Shown: positions 49,701 through 63,570, counted from the first letter of the stretch. The stretch: 64,000 nucleotides of DNA from Octopus vulgaris (GCA_951406725.2 OX597820.1:4464001-4528000), one strand, 5' to 3'. Notes: a model not told the origin generated them from the sequence alone. A program made the numbers and translations.

Positions 49701-52700
49701 AGAGGTCATGCGGGTTGAGGAGAGGTCATACGGGATGAGGAGAGGTCATACGGGATGAGAAGAGGTCACACGGGATGAGGAGAGGTCACACGGGATGAGG
49801 AGAAGTCATACGGGATGAGGAGAGGTCATACGGGATGAGGAGAGGTCATACGGGATGAGGAGAGGTCATACGGGATGAGGAGAGGTCATACGGGATGAGG
49901 AGAGGTCATACGGGATGGGGAGAGGTCATACGGGATGAGGAGAGGTCATACGGGATGAGGAGAGGTCATACGGGATGAGGAGAGGTCATACGGGATGAGG
50001 AGAGGTCATAAGGGATGATGAGAGTCATACGGGATGAGGAGAGGTCATATGGGATGAGGAGAGGTCATACGGGATGAGGAGAGGTCATACGGGATGAGGA
50101 GAGGTCATACGGGATGAGGAGAGGTCATACGGGATGAGGAGAGGTCATACGGGATGAGGAGAGGTCACACGGGATGAGGAGAGGTCAGACGGGATGAGGA
50201 GAGGTCATACGGGATGAGGAGAGGTCATACGGGATGAGGAGAGGTCATACGGGATGAGGAGAGGTCACACGGGATGAGGAGAGGTCATACGGGATGAGGA
50301 GAGGTCACACGGATGAGGAGAGGTCACACGGATGTGGAGAGGTCACACGGGATGAGGAGAGGTCACACGGGATGAGGAGAGGTCACACGGGATGAGGAGA
50401 GGTCATACGGGATGAGGAGAGGTCACACGGGATGAGGAGAGGTCACACGGGATGAGGAGAGGTCACACGGGATGAGGAGAGGTCACACAGGGATGAGGAG
50501 AGGTCACACGGGATGAGGAGAGGTCATACGGGATGAGGAGAGGTCATACGGGATGAGGAGAGGTCATACGGGATGAGGAGAGGTCATACGGGATGAGGAG
50601 AGGTCATACGGGATGAGGAGAGGTCATACGGGATGAGGAGAGGTCATACGGGATGAGGAGAGGTCATACGGGATGAGGAGAGGTCATACGGGATGAGGAG
50701 AGGTCATACGGGATGAGGAGAGGTCATACGGGATGAGGAGAGGTCATACGGGATGAGGAGAGGTCATACAGGATGAGGAGAGTCATACGGGATGAGGAGA
50801 GGTCATACGGGATGAGGAGAGGTCATTCGGAATGAGGAGAGGTCATACGGGATGAGGAGAGGTCAAACGAAATGAGGAGAGGTCAAACGGGATGAGGAGA
50901 GGTCATACGGGATGAGGAGAGGTCATGGGGGATGAGGAGAGGTCATGCGGGATGAGGAGAGGTCATACGGGATGAGGAGAGGTCATACGGGATGAGAAGA
51001 GGTCACACGGGATGAGGAGAGGTCACACGGGATGAGGAGAGGTCATACGGGATGAGGAGAGGTCATACGGGATGAGGAGAGGTCATACGGGATGAGGAGA
51101 GGTCATACGGGATGAGGAGAGGTCATACGGGATGAGGAGGGTCATACGGGATGAGGAGAGGTCATACGGGATGAGGAGAGGTCATACGGGATGAGGAGAG
51201 GTCATACGGGATGAGGAGAGGTCATACGGGATGAGGAGAGGTCATACGGGATGAGGAGAGGTCATAAGGGATGAGGAGAGGTCATACGGGATGAGGAGAG
51301 GTCATATGGGATGAGGAGAGGTCATACGGGATGAGGAGAGGTCATACGGGATGAGGAGAGGTCATACGGGATGAGGAGAGGTCATACGGGATGAGGAGAG
51401 GTCATACGGGATGAGGAGAGGTCATACGGGATGAGGAGAGGTCAGACGGGATGAGGAGAGGTCAGACGGGATGAGGAGAGGTCATACGGGATGAGGAGAG
51501 GTCATACGGGATGAGGAGAGGTCATACGGGATGAGGAGAGGTCACACGGGATGAGGAGAGGTCATACGGGATGAGGAGAGGTCACACGGGATGAGGAGAG
51601 GTCACACGGGATGTGGAGAGGTCACACGGGATGAGGAGAGGTCACACGGGATGAGGAGAGGTCACACGGGATGAGGAGAGGTCATACGGGATGAGGAGAG
51701 GTCACACGGGATGAGGAGAGGTCACACGGGATGAGGAGAGGTCACACGGGATGAGGAGAGGTCACACGGGATGAGGGAGAGGTCACACGGGATGAGGAGA
51801 GGTCATACGGGATGAGGAGAGGTCATACGGGATGAGGAGAGGTCAAACGGGATGAGGAGAGGTCATACGGGATGAGGAGAGGTCATACGGGATGAGGAGA
51901 GGTCATACGGGATGGGGAGAGGTCACACGGATGAGGAGAGGTCACACGGGATGTGGAGAGGTCACACGGGATGAGGAGAGGTCACACGGGATGAGGAGAG
52001 GTCATACGGGATGAGGAGAGGTCATACGGGATGAGGAGAGGTCACACGGGATGAGGAGAGGTCACACGGAAGAGGAGAGGTCACACGGGATGAGGAGAGG
52101 TCACACGGGATGAGGAGAGGTCACACGGGATGAGGAGAGGTCATACGGGATGAGGAGAGGTCATACGGGATGAGGAGAGGTCATACGGGATGAGGAGAGG
52201 TCATACGGGATGAGGAGAGGTCATACGGGATGGGGAGAGGTCATACGGGATGGGGAGAGGTCATACGGGATGAGGAGAGGTTAAACGGGATGAGGAGAGG
52301 TAATACGGGATGAGGAGGGGGTCATACGGGATGAGGAGAGGTCATACGGGAAGAGGAGAGTCATACGGGATGAGGAGAGGTCATACGGGATGAGGAGAGG
52401 TCATACGGGATGAGGAGAGGTCATACGGGATGGGGAGAGGTCATACGGGATGAGGAGAGGTCATACGGGATGAGGAGAGGTCATACGGGATGAGGAGAGG
52501 GTCATACGGGATGAGGAGAGGTCATACGGGTTGAGGAGAGGTCATACGGGATGAGGAGAGGTCACACGGGATGAGGAGAGGTCACACGGGATGAGGAGAG
52601 GTCATACGGGATGAGGAGAGTCATACGGGATGAGGAGAGGTCATACGGGACGAGGAGAGGTCATACGGGATGAGGAGAGGTCATACGGGATGAGGAGAGG

Positions 52701-55700
52701 TCATACGGGATGAGGAGAGGTCATACGGGATGAGGAGAGGTCATACGGGATGAGGAGAGGTCATACGGGATGAGGAGAGGTCATACGGGATGAGGAGAGG
52801 TCATACGGGATGAGGAGAGTCATACGGGATGATGAGAGGTCATACGGGACGAGGAGAGGTCATACGGGATGAGGGGATGTCATACGGGATGAGGAGAGGT
52901 CATACGGGATGAGGAGAGGTCATACGGGATGAGGAGAGGTCATACGGGGTGAGGAGAGGTCATACGGAATGAGGAGAGGTCATACGGGATGAGGAGAGTC
53001 ATACGGGATGAGGAGAGTCATACGGGATGAGGAGAGGTCATACGGGATGAGGAGAGGTCATACGGGATGAGGAGAGGTCATACGGGATGAGGAGAGGTCA
53101 TACTGGATGAGGAGAGTCATACGGGATGAGGAGAGGTCATACGGGATGAGGAGAGGTCATACGGGATGAGGAGAGGTCATACGGGATGAGGAGAGGTCAT
53201 ACGGGATGAGGAGAGGTCATACGGGATTAGGAGAGGGCATACGGGATGAGGGAGGTCATACGGGATGAGGAGAGGTCATACGGGATGAGGAGAGGTCATA
53301 CGGGATGAGGAGAGGTCATACGGGATGAGGAGAGGTCATACGGGATGAGGAGAGGTCACACGGGATGAGGAGAGGTCACACGGGATGAGGAGAGGTCATA
53401 GGGATGAGGAGAGGTCATACGGGATGAGGAGAGGTCATACGGGATGAGGAGAGGTCAGACGGGATGAGGAGAGGTCATACGGGATGAGGAGAGGTCATAC
53501 GGGATGAGGAGAGGTCACACGGGTTGAGGAGAGGTCATACGGGATGAGGAGAGGTCACACGGGATGGGGAGGTCATACGGGATGAGGAGAGGTCATACGG
53601 GAAGAGGAGAGGTCATACGAGATGAGGAGAGGTCACACGGGTTGAGGAGAGGTCATACGGGATGAGGAGAGGTCACACGGGATGAGGAGACGTCATACGG
53701 GATGAGGAGAGGTCACACGGGATGAGGAGAGGTCATACGGGATGAGGAGAGGTCATACGGGATGAGGAGAGGTCATACGGGTTGAGGAGAGGTCATACGG
53801 GATGAGGAGATGTCACACGGGATGAAGGAGAGGTCACACGGGATGAGGAGAGGTCACACGGGATGAGGAGAGGTCATACGGGATAAGGAGAGGTTATACG
53901 GGATGAGGAGAGGTCATACGGGAAGAGGAGAGGTCACACGGAATGAGGAGAGGTCATACGGGATGAGGAGAGGTCATACGGGATGAGGAGAGGTCATACG
54001 GGATGAGGAGAGGTCATACGGGATGAGGTGAGGTCATACGGGATGAGGAGAGGTCATACGGAATGAGGAGAGGTCATACGGGATGAGGAGAGGTCATACG
54101 GGATGAGGAGAGGTCATACGGGATGAGGAGAGGTCATACGGGATGAGGAGAGGTCATACGGGATGAGGAGAGGTCATACGGGATGAGAGAGGTCACACGG
54201 ATGAGGAGAGGTCATACGGGATGAGGAGAGGTCATACGGGATGAGGAGAGGTCATACGGGATGAGGAGAGGTCATACGGGATGAGGAGAGGTCATACGGG
54301 ATGAGGAGAGGTCATACGGGATGGGGAGAGGTCATACGGGATGGAGGGAGAGGTCATAGGGATGAGGAGAGGGTCATACGGGATGAGGAGAGGTCATACG
54401 GGATGAGGAGAGGTCATACGGGATGAGGAGAGTCATACGGGATGAGGAGAGGTCATACGGGATGAGGAGAGGTCACACGGGATGAGGAGAGGTCACACGG
54501 GATGAGGAGAGGTCATACGGGATGAGGAGAGGTCATACGGGATGAGGAGAGGTCATACGGGATGAGGAGAGGTGATACGGGATGAGGAGAGGTCATACGG
54601 GATGAGGAGAGGTCAGACGGGATGAGGAGAGGTCATACGGGATGAGGAGAGGTCACACGGGATGAGGAGAGGTCATACGGGATGAGGAGAGGTCACACGG
54701 GATGAGGAGAGGTCATACGGGATGAGGAGAGGTCACACGGGATGGGGAGGTCATACGGGATGAGGAGAGGTCATACGGGAAGAGGAGAGGTCATACGGGA
54801 TGAGGAGAGGTCACACGGGTTGAGGAGAGGTCATACGGGATGAGGAGAGGTCACACGGGATGAGGAGACGTCATACGGGATGAGGATCAGGTCATACGGG
54901 ATGAGGAGAGGTCATACGGGATGAGGAGAGGTCATACGGGATGAGGAGAGGTCATACGGGATGAGGAGAGGTCATACGGGATGAGGAGAGGTCATACGGG
55001 ATGAGGAGAGGTCATACGGGATGAGGAGAGGTCATACGGGATGAGGAGAGGTCATACGGGATGGGGATAGGTCATACGGGATGGGGAGAGGTCATAGGGA
55101 TGAGGAGAGGTCATACGGGATGAGGAGAGGTCAAACGGGATGAGGAGAGGTCATACGGGATGAGGAGAGGTCATACGGGATGAGGAGAGGTCATACGGGA
55201 TGAGGAGAGGTCATGGGGGATGAGGAGAGGTCATGCGGGTTGAGGAGAGGTCATACGGGATGAGGAGAGGTCATACGGGATGAGGAGGAGGTCACACGGG
55301 ATGAGGAGAGGTCACACGGGATGAGGAGAAGTCATACGGGATGAGGAGAGGTCATACGGGATGAGGAGAGGTCATACGGGATGAGGAGAGGTCATACGGG
55401 ATGAGGAGAGGTCATACAGGATGAGGAGAGGTCATACGGGATGAGGAGAGGTCATACGGGATGAGGAGAGGTCATACGGGATGAGGAGAGGTCATACGGG
55501 ATGAGGAGAGGTCATACGGGATGAGGAGAGGTCATACGGGATGAGGAGAGGTCATAAGGGATGATGAGAGGTCACACGGGATGAGGAGAGGTCATACGGG
55601 ATGAGGAGAGGTCATATGGGATGAGGAGAGGTCATACGGGATGAGGAGAGGTCATACGGGATGAGGAGAGGTCATACGGGATGAGGAGAGGTCATACGGG

Positions 55701-58700
55701 ATGAGGAGAGGTCATACATGATGAGGAGAGGTCATACGGGATGAGGGAGAGGTCACACGGGATGAGGAGAGGTCAGACGGGATGAGGAGAGGTCATACGG
55801 GATGAGGAGAGGTCATACGGGATGAGGAGAGGTCATACGGGATGAGGAGAGGTCACACGGGATGAGGAGAGGTCATACGGGATGAGGAGAGGTCACACGG
55901 ATGAGGAGAGGTCACACGGATGTGGAGAGGTCACACGGGATGAGGAGAGGTCACACGGGATGAGGAGAGGTCACACGGGATGAGGAGAGGTCATACGGGA
56001 TGAGGAGAGGTCACACGGGATGAGGAGAGGTCACACGGATGAGGAGAGGTCACACGGGATGAGGAGAGGTCACACGGGATGAGGAGAGGTCACACGGGAT
56101 GAGGAGAGGTCATACGGGATGAGGAGAGGTCATACGGGATGAGGAGAGGTCATACGGGATGAGGAGATGGTCATACGGGAAGAGGAGAGGTCATACGGGA
56201 TGAGGAGAGGTCATACGGGATGAGGAGAGGTCATACGGGATGAGGAGAGATCATACGGTATGAGGAGAGGTCATACGGGATGAGGAGAGATCATACGGGA
56301 TGAGGGAGAGGTCATACGGGATGAGGAGAGGTCATACGGGATGAGGAGAGGTCATACGGGATGAGGAGAGTCATACGGGATGAGGAGAGGTCATACGGGA
56401 TGAGGAGAGGTCATTCGGAATGAGGAGAGGTCATACGGGATGAGGAGAGGTCAAACGAAATGAGGAGAGGTCAAACGGGATGAGGAGAGGTCATACGGGA
56501 TGAGGAGAGGTCATACGGGATGAGGAGAGGTCATACGGGATGAGGAGAGGTCATGGGGGATGAGGAGAGGTCATGCGGGTTGAGGAGAGGTCATACGGGA
56601 TGAGGAGAGGTCATACGGGATGAGAAGAGGTCACACGGGATGAGGAGAGGTCACACGGGATGAGGAGAAGTCATACGGGATGAGGAGAGGTCATACGGGA
56701 TGAGGGAGAGGTCATACGGGATGAGGAGAGGTCATACGGGATGAGGAGAGGTCATACGGGATGAGGAGAGTCATACGGGATGAGGAGAGGTCATACGGGA
56801 TGAGGAGATTTCATACGGGATGAGGAGAGGTCATACGGGATGAGGGAGAGGTCATACGGGATGAGGAGAGGTCATACGGGATGAGGAGAGGTCATAAGGG
56901 ATGATGAGAGTCATACGGGATGAGGAGAGGTCATATGGGATGAGGAGAGGTCATACGGGATGAGGAGAGGTCATACGGGATGAGGAGAGGTCATACGGGA
57001 TGAGGAGAGGTCATACGGGATGAGGAGAGGTCATACGGGATGAGGAGAGGTCATACGGGATGCGGAGAGGTCAGACGGGATGAGGAGAGGTCAGACGGGA
57101 TGAGGAGAGGTCATACGGGATGAGGAGAGGTCATACGGGATGAGGAGAGGTCATACGGGATGAGGAGAGGTCACACGGGATGAGGAGAGGTCATACGGGA
57201 TGAGGAGAGGTCATACGGGATGAGGAGAGGTCACACGGATGTGGAGAGGTCACACGGGATGAGGAGAGGTCACACGGGATGAGGAGAGGTCACACGGGAT
57301 GAGGAGAGGTCATACGGGATGAGGAGAGGTCACACGGATGAGGAGAGGTCACACGGATGAGGAGAGGTCACACGGGATGAGGAGAGGTCACACGGGATGA
57401 GGAGAGGTCACACGGGATGAGGAGAGGTCATACGGGATGAGGAGAGGTCATACGGGATGAGGAGAGGTCATACGGGATGAGGAGAGGTCATACGGGATGA
57501 GGAGAGGTCATACGGGATGAGGAGAGGTCACACGGGATGAGGAGAGGTCATACGGGATGAGGAGAGGTCACACGGATGAGGAGAGGTCACACGGATGTGG
57601 AGAGGTCACACGGGATGAGGAGAGGTCACACGGGATGAGGAGAGGTCACACGGGATGAGGAGAGGTCATACGGGATGAGGAGAGGTCACACGGATGAGGA
57701 GAGGTCACACGGATGAGGAGAGGTCACACGGGATGAGGAGAGGTCACACGGGATGAGGAGAGGTCACACGGGATGAGGAGAGGTCATACGGGATGAGGAG
57801 AGGTCATACGGGATGAGGAGAGGTCATACAGGATGAGGAGAGGTCATACGGGATGAGAGGTCATACGGGATGGGGAGAGGTCATACGGGATGGGGAGAGG
57901 TCATACGGGATGGGGAGAGGTCATACGGGATGAGGAGAGGTTAAACGGGATGAGGAGAGGTCATACGGGATGAGGAGGGGTCATACGGGATGAGGAGAGG
58001 TCATACGGGAAGAGGAGAGTCATACGGGATGAGGAGAGGTCATACGGGATGAGGAGAGGTCATACGGGATGAGGAGAGGTCATACAGGATGAGGAGAGGT
58101 CATACGGGATGAGGAGAGGTCATACGGGATTAGGAGAGGGCATACGGGATGAGGAGAGGTCATACGGGATGAGGAGAGGTCATACGGGATGAGGAGAGGT
58201 CATACGGGATGAGGAGAGTCATACGGGATGAGGAGAGGTCATACGGGATGAGGAGAGGTCACACGGGATGAGGAGAGGTCACACGGGATGAGGAGAGGTC
58301 ATACGGGTTGAGGAGAGGTCATACGGGATGAGGAGAGGTCATACGGGATGAGGAGAGGTCATACGGGATGAGGGAGAGGTCATACGGGTTGAGGAGAGGT
58401 CATACGGGATGAGGAGAGGTCATACGGGATGAGGAGAGGTCACACGGGATGAGGAGAGGTCATACGGGATGAGGAGAGTCATACGGGATGATGAGAGGTC
58501 ATACGGGACGAGGAGAGGTCATACGGGATGAGGGGATGTCATACGGGATGAGGAGAGGTCATACGGGATGAGGAGAGGTCATACGGGATGAGGAGAGGTC
58601 ATACGGGATGAGGAGAGGTCATACGGAATGAGGAGAGGTCATACGGGATGAGGAGTCATACGGGATGAGGAGAGTCATACAGGGATGAGGAGAGGTCATA

Positions 58701-59782
58701 CAGGATGAGGAGAGGTCATACGGGATGAGGAGAGTCATACGGGATGAGGAGAGGTCATACGGGATGAGGAGAGGTCATACAGGATGAGGAGAGGTCATAC
58801 GGGATGAGGAGAGGTCATACGGGATTAGGAGAGGGCATACGGGATGAGGAGAGGTCATACGGGATGAGGAGAGGTCATACGGGATGAGGAGAGGTCATAC
58901 GGGATGAGGAGAGTCATACGGGATGAGGAGAGGTCATACGGGATGAGGAGAGGTCACACGGGATGAGGAGAGGTCACACGGGATGAGGAGAGGTCATAGG
59001 GATGAGGAGAGGTCATACGGGTTGAGGAGAGGTCATACGGGATGAAGAGAGGTCAAACGGGATGAGGAGAGTGATACGGGATGAGGAGAGGTCATACGGG
59101 ATGAGGAGAGGTCAGACGGGATGAGGAGAGGTCATACGGGATGAGGAGAGGTCATACGGGATGAGGAGAGGTCACACGGGTTGAGGAGAGGTCATACGGG
59201 ATGAGGAGAGGTCACACGGGATGGGGAGGTCATACGGGATGAGGAGAGGGTCATACGGGAAGAGGAGAGGTCATACGGGATGAGGAGAGGTCACACGGGT
59301 TGAGGAGAGGTCAAACGGGATGAGGAGAGGTCACACGGGATGAGGAGACGTCATACGGGATGAGGAGAGGTCACACGGGATGAGGAGAGGTCATACGGGA
59401 TGAGGAGAGGTCATACGGGATGAGGAGAGGTCATACGGGATGAGGAAAGGTCATACAGGATGAGGAGAGGTCATACGCAGGATGAGGAGAGGTCATACGG
59501 GATGAGGAGAGGTCATACGGGATGAGGAGAGGTCATACGGGATGAGGAGAGGTCATACGGGATGAGGAGAGGTCATACGGGATGAGGAGAGGTCATACGG
59601 GATGAGGAGAGGTCATACGGGATTAGGAGAGGTCATACGGGATGAGGAGAGGTCATACGGGATGAGGAGAGGTCATATGGGATGAGGAGAGGTCATACGG
59701 GATGAGGAGAGGTCATACGGGATGAGGAGAGGTCATACGGGATGAGGAGAGGTCATACGGGATGGCGATAGGTCATACGGGA
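28771..59782 (+). repeat. Satellite array, 20-bp monomer GTCATACGGGATGAGGAGAG, ~1,550 copies, truncated by an assembly gap
   Basis: Directly visible. Copy number is length divided by 20. No interspersed insertions were seen. Confidence 0.99.
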
Positions 59783-59882
59783 NNNNNNNNNNNNNNNNNN
59801 NNNNNNNNNNNNNNNNNNNNNNNNNNNNNNNNNNNNNNNNNNNNNNNNNNNNNNNNNNNNNNNNNNNNNNNNNNNNNNNNNN
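59783..59882. other. Assembly gap (100 N, true size unknown)
   Basis: Run of N. Confidence 0.99.
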
Positions 59883-60036
59883 CTTTGACCTTCCGTATAA
59901 CAACTACTGCAACAAGATGTCTTGTAAACAGGCTACAAAATTCTGATTCCTTCTTCTCCCTTAGGGATCTTAATTTATTGTCATTTACCAATTTCATTCC
60001 AAATATTATATTACCTACTTATTTAGATTTTGTGAA

Positions 60037-60158
60037 GGCACTTGGCTCAGTGGTTAGAGTGTCGAGCTTACAATCGTGAGGTTATGAGTTCAATTGCCGG
60101 ACCAGGCTGCGCATTGTTTTCTTGAGCAAGACTCTTTATTTCACGTTGCTCCAGTTCC
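60037..60158 (+). mobile_element. tRNA-derived SINE head, family D, truncated
   Basis: TGGCTCAGTGGTTAGAG ... GAGTTCAATTGCC followed by CTTGAGCAAGAC.CTTTATTTC. Confidence 0.65.
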
Positions 60159-60244
60159 AAGAGGATGGAGAGTCTCTGAAGAGGCCACAGGATGTGTGAT
60201 GAAAGATTTCAGACAAAGGACGCTAAGATAAGACCAATAATATA

Positions 60245-60454
60245 TTTCTTTTCTACCCACAAGGGGCTAAACACAGAGGGGGACAAACAAGGACAGACAA
60301 ACGGATTAAGTCGATTACATCGACCCCAGTGCGTAACTGGTACTTATTTTAATCGACTCCGAAAGGATGAAAGGCTAAGTTGACCTCAGCGGGATTTGAA
60401 CCCAGAACGTAACGGCAGACGAAATACGGCTACGCATTTCGCCAGCTCGCCGCC
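60245..60454 (-). mobile_element. SINE family B
   Basis: Homologous to 1983-2213. CAATAATA on both flanks. Confidence 0.85.
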
Positions 60455-60924
60455 CTCAATAATAAAGCTGATGTGAAGAACAAGTATATCGTATTTGTGG
60501 TTATTGTAGCAAAAAGAAGGGGGGGAAAAAGAAAGATATCTCATATCTGGTTGTGGTGTCAGAGTTAAAAATTTCTGGTTTCGTGAGCCCTTTCTACTCC
60601 CACAGTTTGTTGGAAGTGGTGAAATGGTTGGAATTGTAATAACTGACCAAGTGAGAAATAAACACCAACAGTCCGTGTTACTGGTCAGTTCTTGTTGATA
60701 ATGGTTGTGTTGTTTAATAGACTGTGATCAATAAACAACTCACATATCTGTAGATTATTTCCTTCTAATTAAAAAACAAAATTGTTTCACCTTTGTCTAG
60801 TCTGTTCTCTTTCCTGGATGGTATTATTATTATTAATATTATTTGCCAAACCACTAAGTTATGGGGACATATCCATACCGATGTCGGTTGTCCAGCAGTG
60901 GTACGGGTCAAACACTAGCACAAA

Positions 60925-60967
<43 letters not shown>

Positions 60968-60994
60968 ATATATATATATGTAAGCAGCCCACTT

Positions 60995-61485
60995 GTGAGT
61001 ACCACTCATACATTGGACAGTAAACTTGTGAAGACCTATTGAGGTAAGTGAAATCAAATCAAAATTGCTGTCGTGGCCGATGACAGTACCACCTGATTGG
61101 CACTCATGCCAGTGGAACGTTGAACGCACATCTGAACACGATTGTTACCAGGGCCATGGATTGGCTCCCGTAAAAAGCACCATTCGAGCGTGAATGTTGC
61201 ATTGCCTTACTGGCACATGAAAAACAACATTTGAGCGTGGCCGTTGCCAGTTCCGCCCGACTGGCCCCTGTGCCAGTGACATGTAAAAGTACCCACTACA
61301 CTCTCGGAGTGGTTGGCGTTAGGAAGGGCATCCGGCTGTAGAAACTCTGCCAGATTGGATTGGAGCCTGGTGCAGCCTTCTGGCTTGCCGGTCCTCAGTC
61401 AAACTGTCCAACCCATGCCAGCATGGAAAGCGGACCTTAAACGATGACGCCACCGCCGATGATGATAATGGTGATGATGATGATG
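60995..61485 (+). mobile_element. RTE 3' UTR
   Basis: Homologous to 22945-23500. Confidence 0.85.
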
Positions 61486-61697
61486 TGTGTGTGTGTATTA
61501 TTAATATTTAGCAGGAGTAAAAGAGTGACTCAAGGTTTGAGAGTTCTGTGCGATGGCGCTTACCAAACTTGTCTGATAAGTGCCAATGCACGAAACTCTT
61601 GGATCTCGAGTCACTCTCTTACCTCTGCGAAATATTAATAAAAATCTGCAAATGCTCATATTTTGAGTTCTATGTTTCCTGTTTGCACCAACATACC

Positions 61698-61742
<45 letters not shown>

Positions 61743-61784
61743 TTGTATATGTAAGTGTGGATTGTGCTAGTGACTGCTACTGTA

Positions 61785-61828
<44 letters not shown>

Positions 61829-62249
61829 TATGAAACAGTTGTGAAGAGTATGGTGTTGGCGGCGTGGGAAGTGAGGTTCGTTTCTGTTCAGTCACCATTG
61901 ATGTGTTTATGTTGACCTGTCAGTGGTGTGGGGGATGGGAATTTCAATACTGAAACATTCACCCCACCCCCACCCTACACATTGTCTGCTCTGCTGAAAG
62001 CAACTTCCTCCCACTATCACTGCCACCACCACCATTACTACTACTACTACTACTACTTTTTCTGTTCAACTGACAAATTGACAGACCAAGAAAATTTAAT
62101 ATTTCACACCACCACCACTACCACAACCACCACTACCACAACCACCACAACCACAAGCACCTTGGTAGGTTGGTAAATGGTTAGTTAGATGAATTAGTAG
62201 GTAAATAAGTAAACAGACAGACAGACAGATAGATAGATAGCCAACCAGC

Positions 62250-62620
62250 ATTGGCCACACAGGGCTGGACACAGAGGGGACAAATACAAATGTAGAGCTT
62301 TTCTTTTTGAAGATGGAAAAGGAAAAAGATTAAAAAAAAGGAAACAAATGTAAAATTTCGATCAAAAGGGATCAGACAAAACAAAAAAAAAACCAATCAA
62401 AAGGGATCGTGTATCACAGAAAGAAAATTTTTTTTTTCTAAAGTAACAAACAAGATTAGGTTCATCCGTGGAAAGAAAAGCCTACAGAAAAGACCACGGT
62501 AACCTCAGGCAGGGAGGAAATAAACACGAGAGCAAAGTGCTCTCTCTCTCTCTCTCTCTTTTGCGATTTACAGGATCATGCTCAAAGTGGTTTCGTCACT
62601 CGTACGCACCATCTTTGCTA
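62250..62620 (-). mobile_element. Tx1/L1-clade LINE 3' end, second copy
   Basis: Matches the ORF end (AKMVRTSDETTLSMIL*) and UTR of 14707-15143. Flanked by (GATA)n. Confidence 0.8.
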
Positions 62621-63469
62621 GATAGATAGACAGGTAGATATGCTAGTTGGTAGATAGATATGTTAATAGATAAGTTGGATAGATAGCTATGTTGATAGAT
62701 ATGTAGGTAGGTAGATGGATGGATAGATAGATTGATAAATTAATAAAGACTAAGTTAATGCTAACACATTTATGGACACGGGAGATAACTTCAAACATAT
62801 TTCAGTCTTATTATGACCTCATTAGGGAAGTATATAGTTCACCAGAGTGTTATATATAGGGCACAGTGTGGGTTAATTGGTTCGGAGAAAAACAAGGAGT
62901 TTGCTAATGGATAAAGATACATATTGGCAATCATTGTTGTTTAGCTCAGGGCCACCAATAAATATATAGAGCTTTGATTAAAGCCTTTCCAACACTGACC
63001 ATCCCAACCATCTAGGCTTTAGAGAAAGGGTAATCTAACATTACATTATTTATTGACCTCCTTTTTTTAAATGTTAGATCATGATTTGAGGAAGATTTGG
63101 CAGTGTTTTCTAGCAAACCAAAGGAGCATGAAGAGGCCCTAATTTTGGTTTGATTGATTGGTGTAGTGTTGGCAGTGGTTGTAGCGGGTAGCATAGGGGT
63201 GTATGGTTGCTGGAGAGATATATGGGGTGAAGGGTGGATGTTTGGGGTGGAATTAGAAAAATAAAGTCTTGTGTGGTCCGATATATAGTTTCATCTGTTT
63301 TCAATTGATTTCCTTATTTCTGCTGTTGTTGTTGTTGTCGTTGTGGTTCCTCATTCTTTCTGTATTCAAACATGGCGGCTGTCTTTTACCATTCCTGGTT
63401 CTCTGCCAACTCATGGAGTGTCTTCAACATTTAATTACACACCTGTCTCTCTTTTTTCCATACATACAA

Positions 63470-63489
63470 GCGTACATACATACATACTG

Positions 63490-63526
<37 letters not shown>

Positions 63527-63570
63527 TATGTATATACATATATATATATATACATATACACACACATATG

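Noticed and set aside
28771-59782. Satellite as a CRISPR array, telomere or repeat-protein gene
   Set aside because: No unique spacers and no cas genes. Not TTAGGG-like, and unique sequence follows the gap. Both strands have a TGA in every monomer, so with a 20-bp period all six frames close about every 60 bp.
59762-60079. ORFs spanning the N-run
   Set aside because: Artefacts of the assembly gap. Adjacency across the gap is unverified.
60641-60690. Short inverted repeat AACTGACCA...TGGTCAGTT
   Set aside because: Only 9-bp arms, single occurrence, and no TSD or family support in the window.
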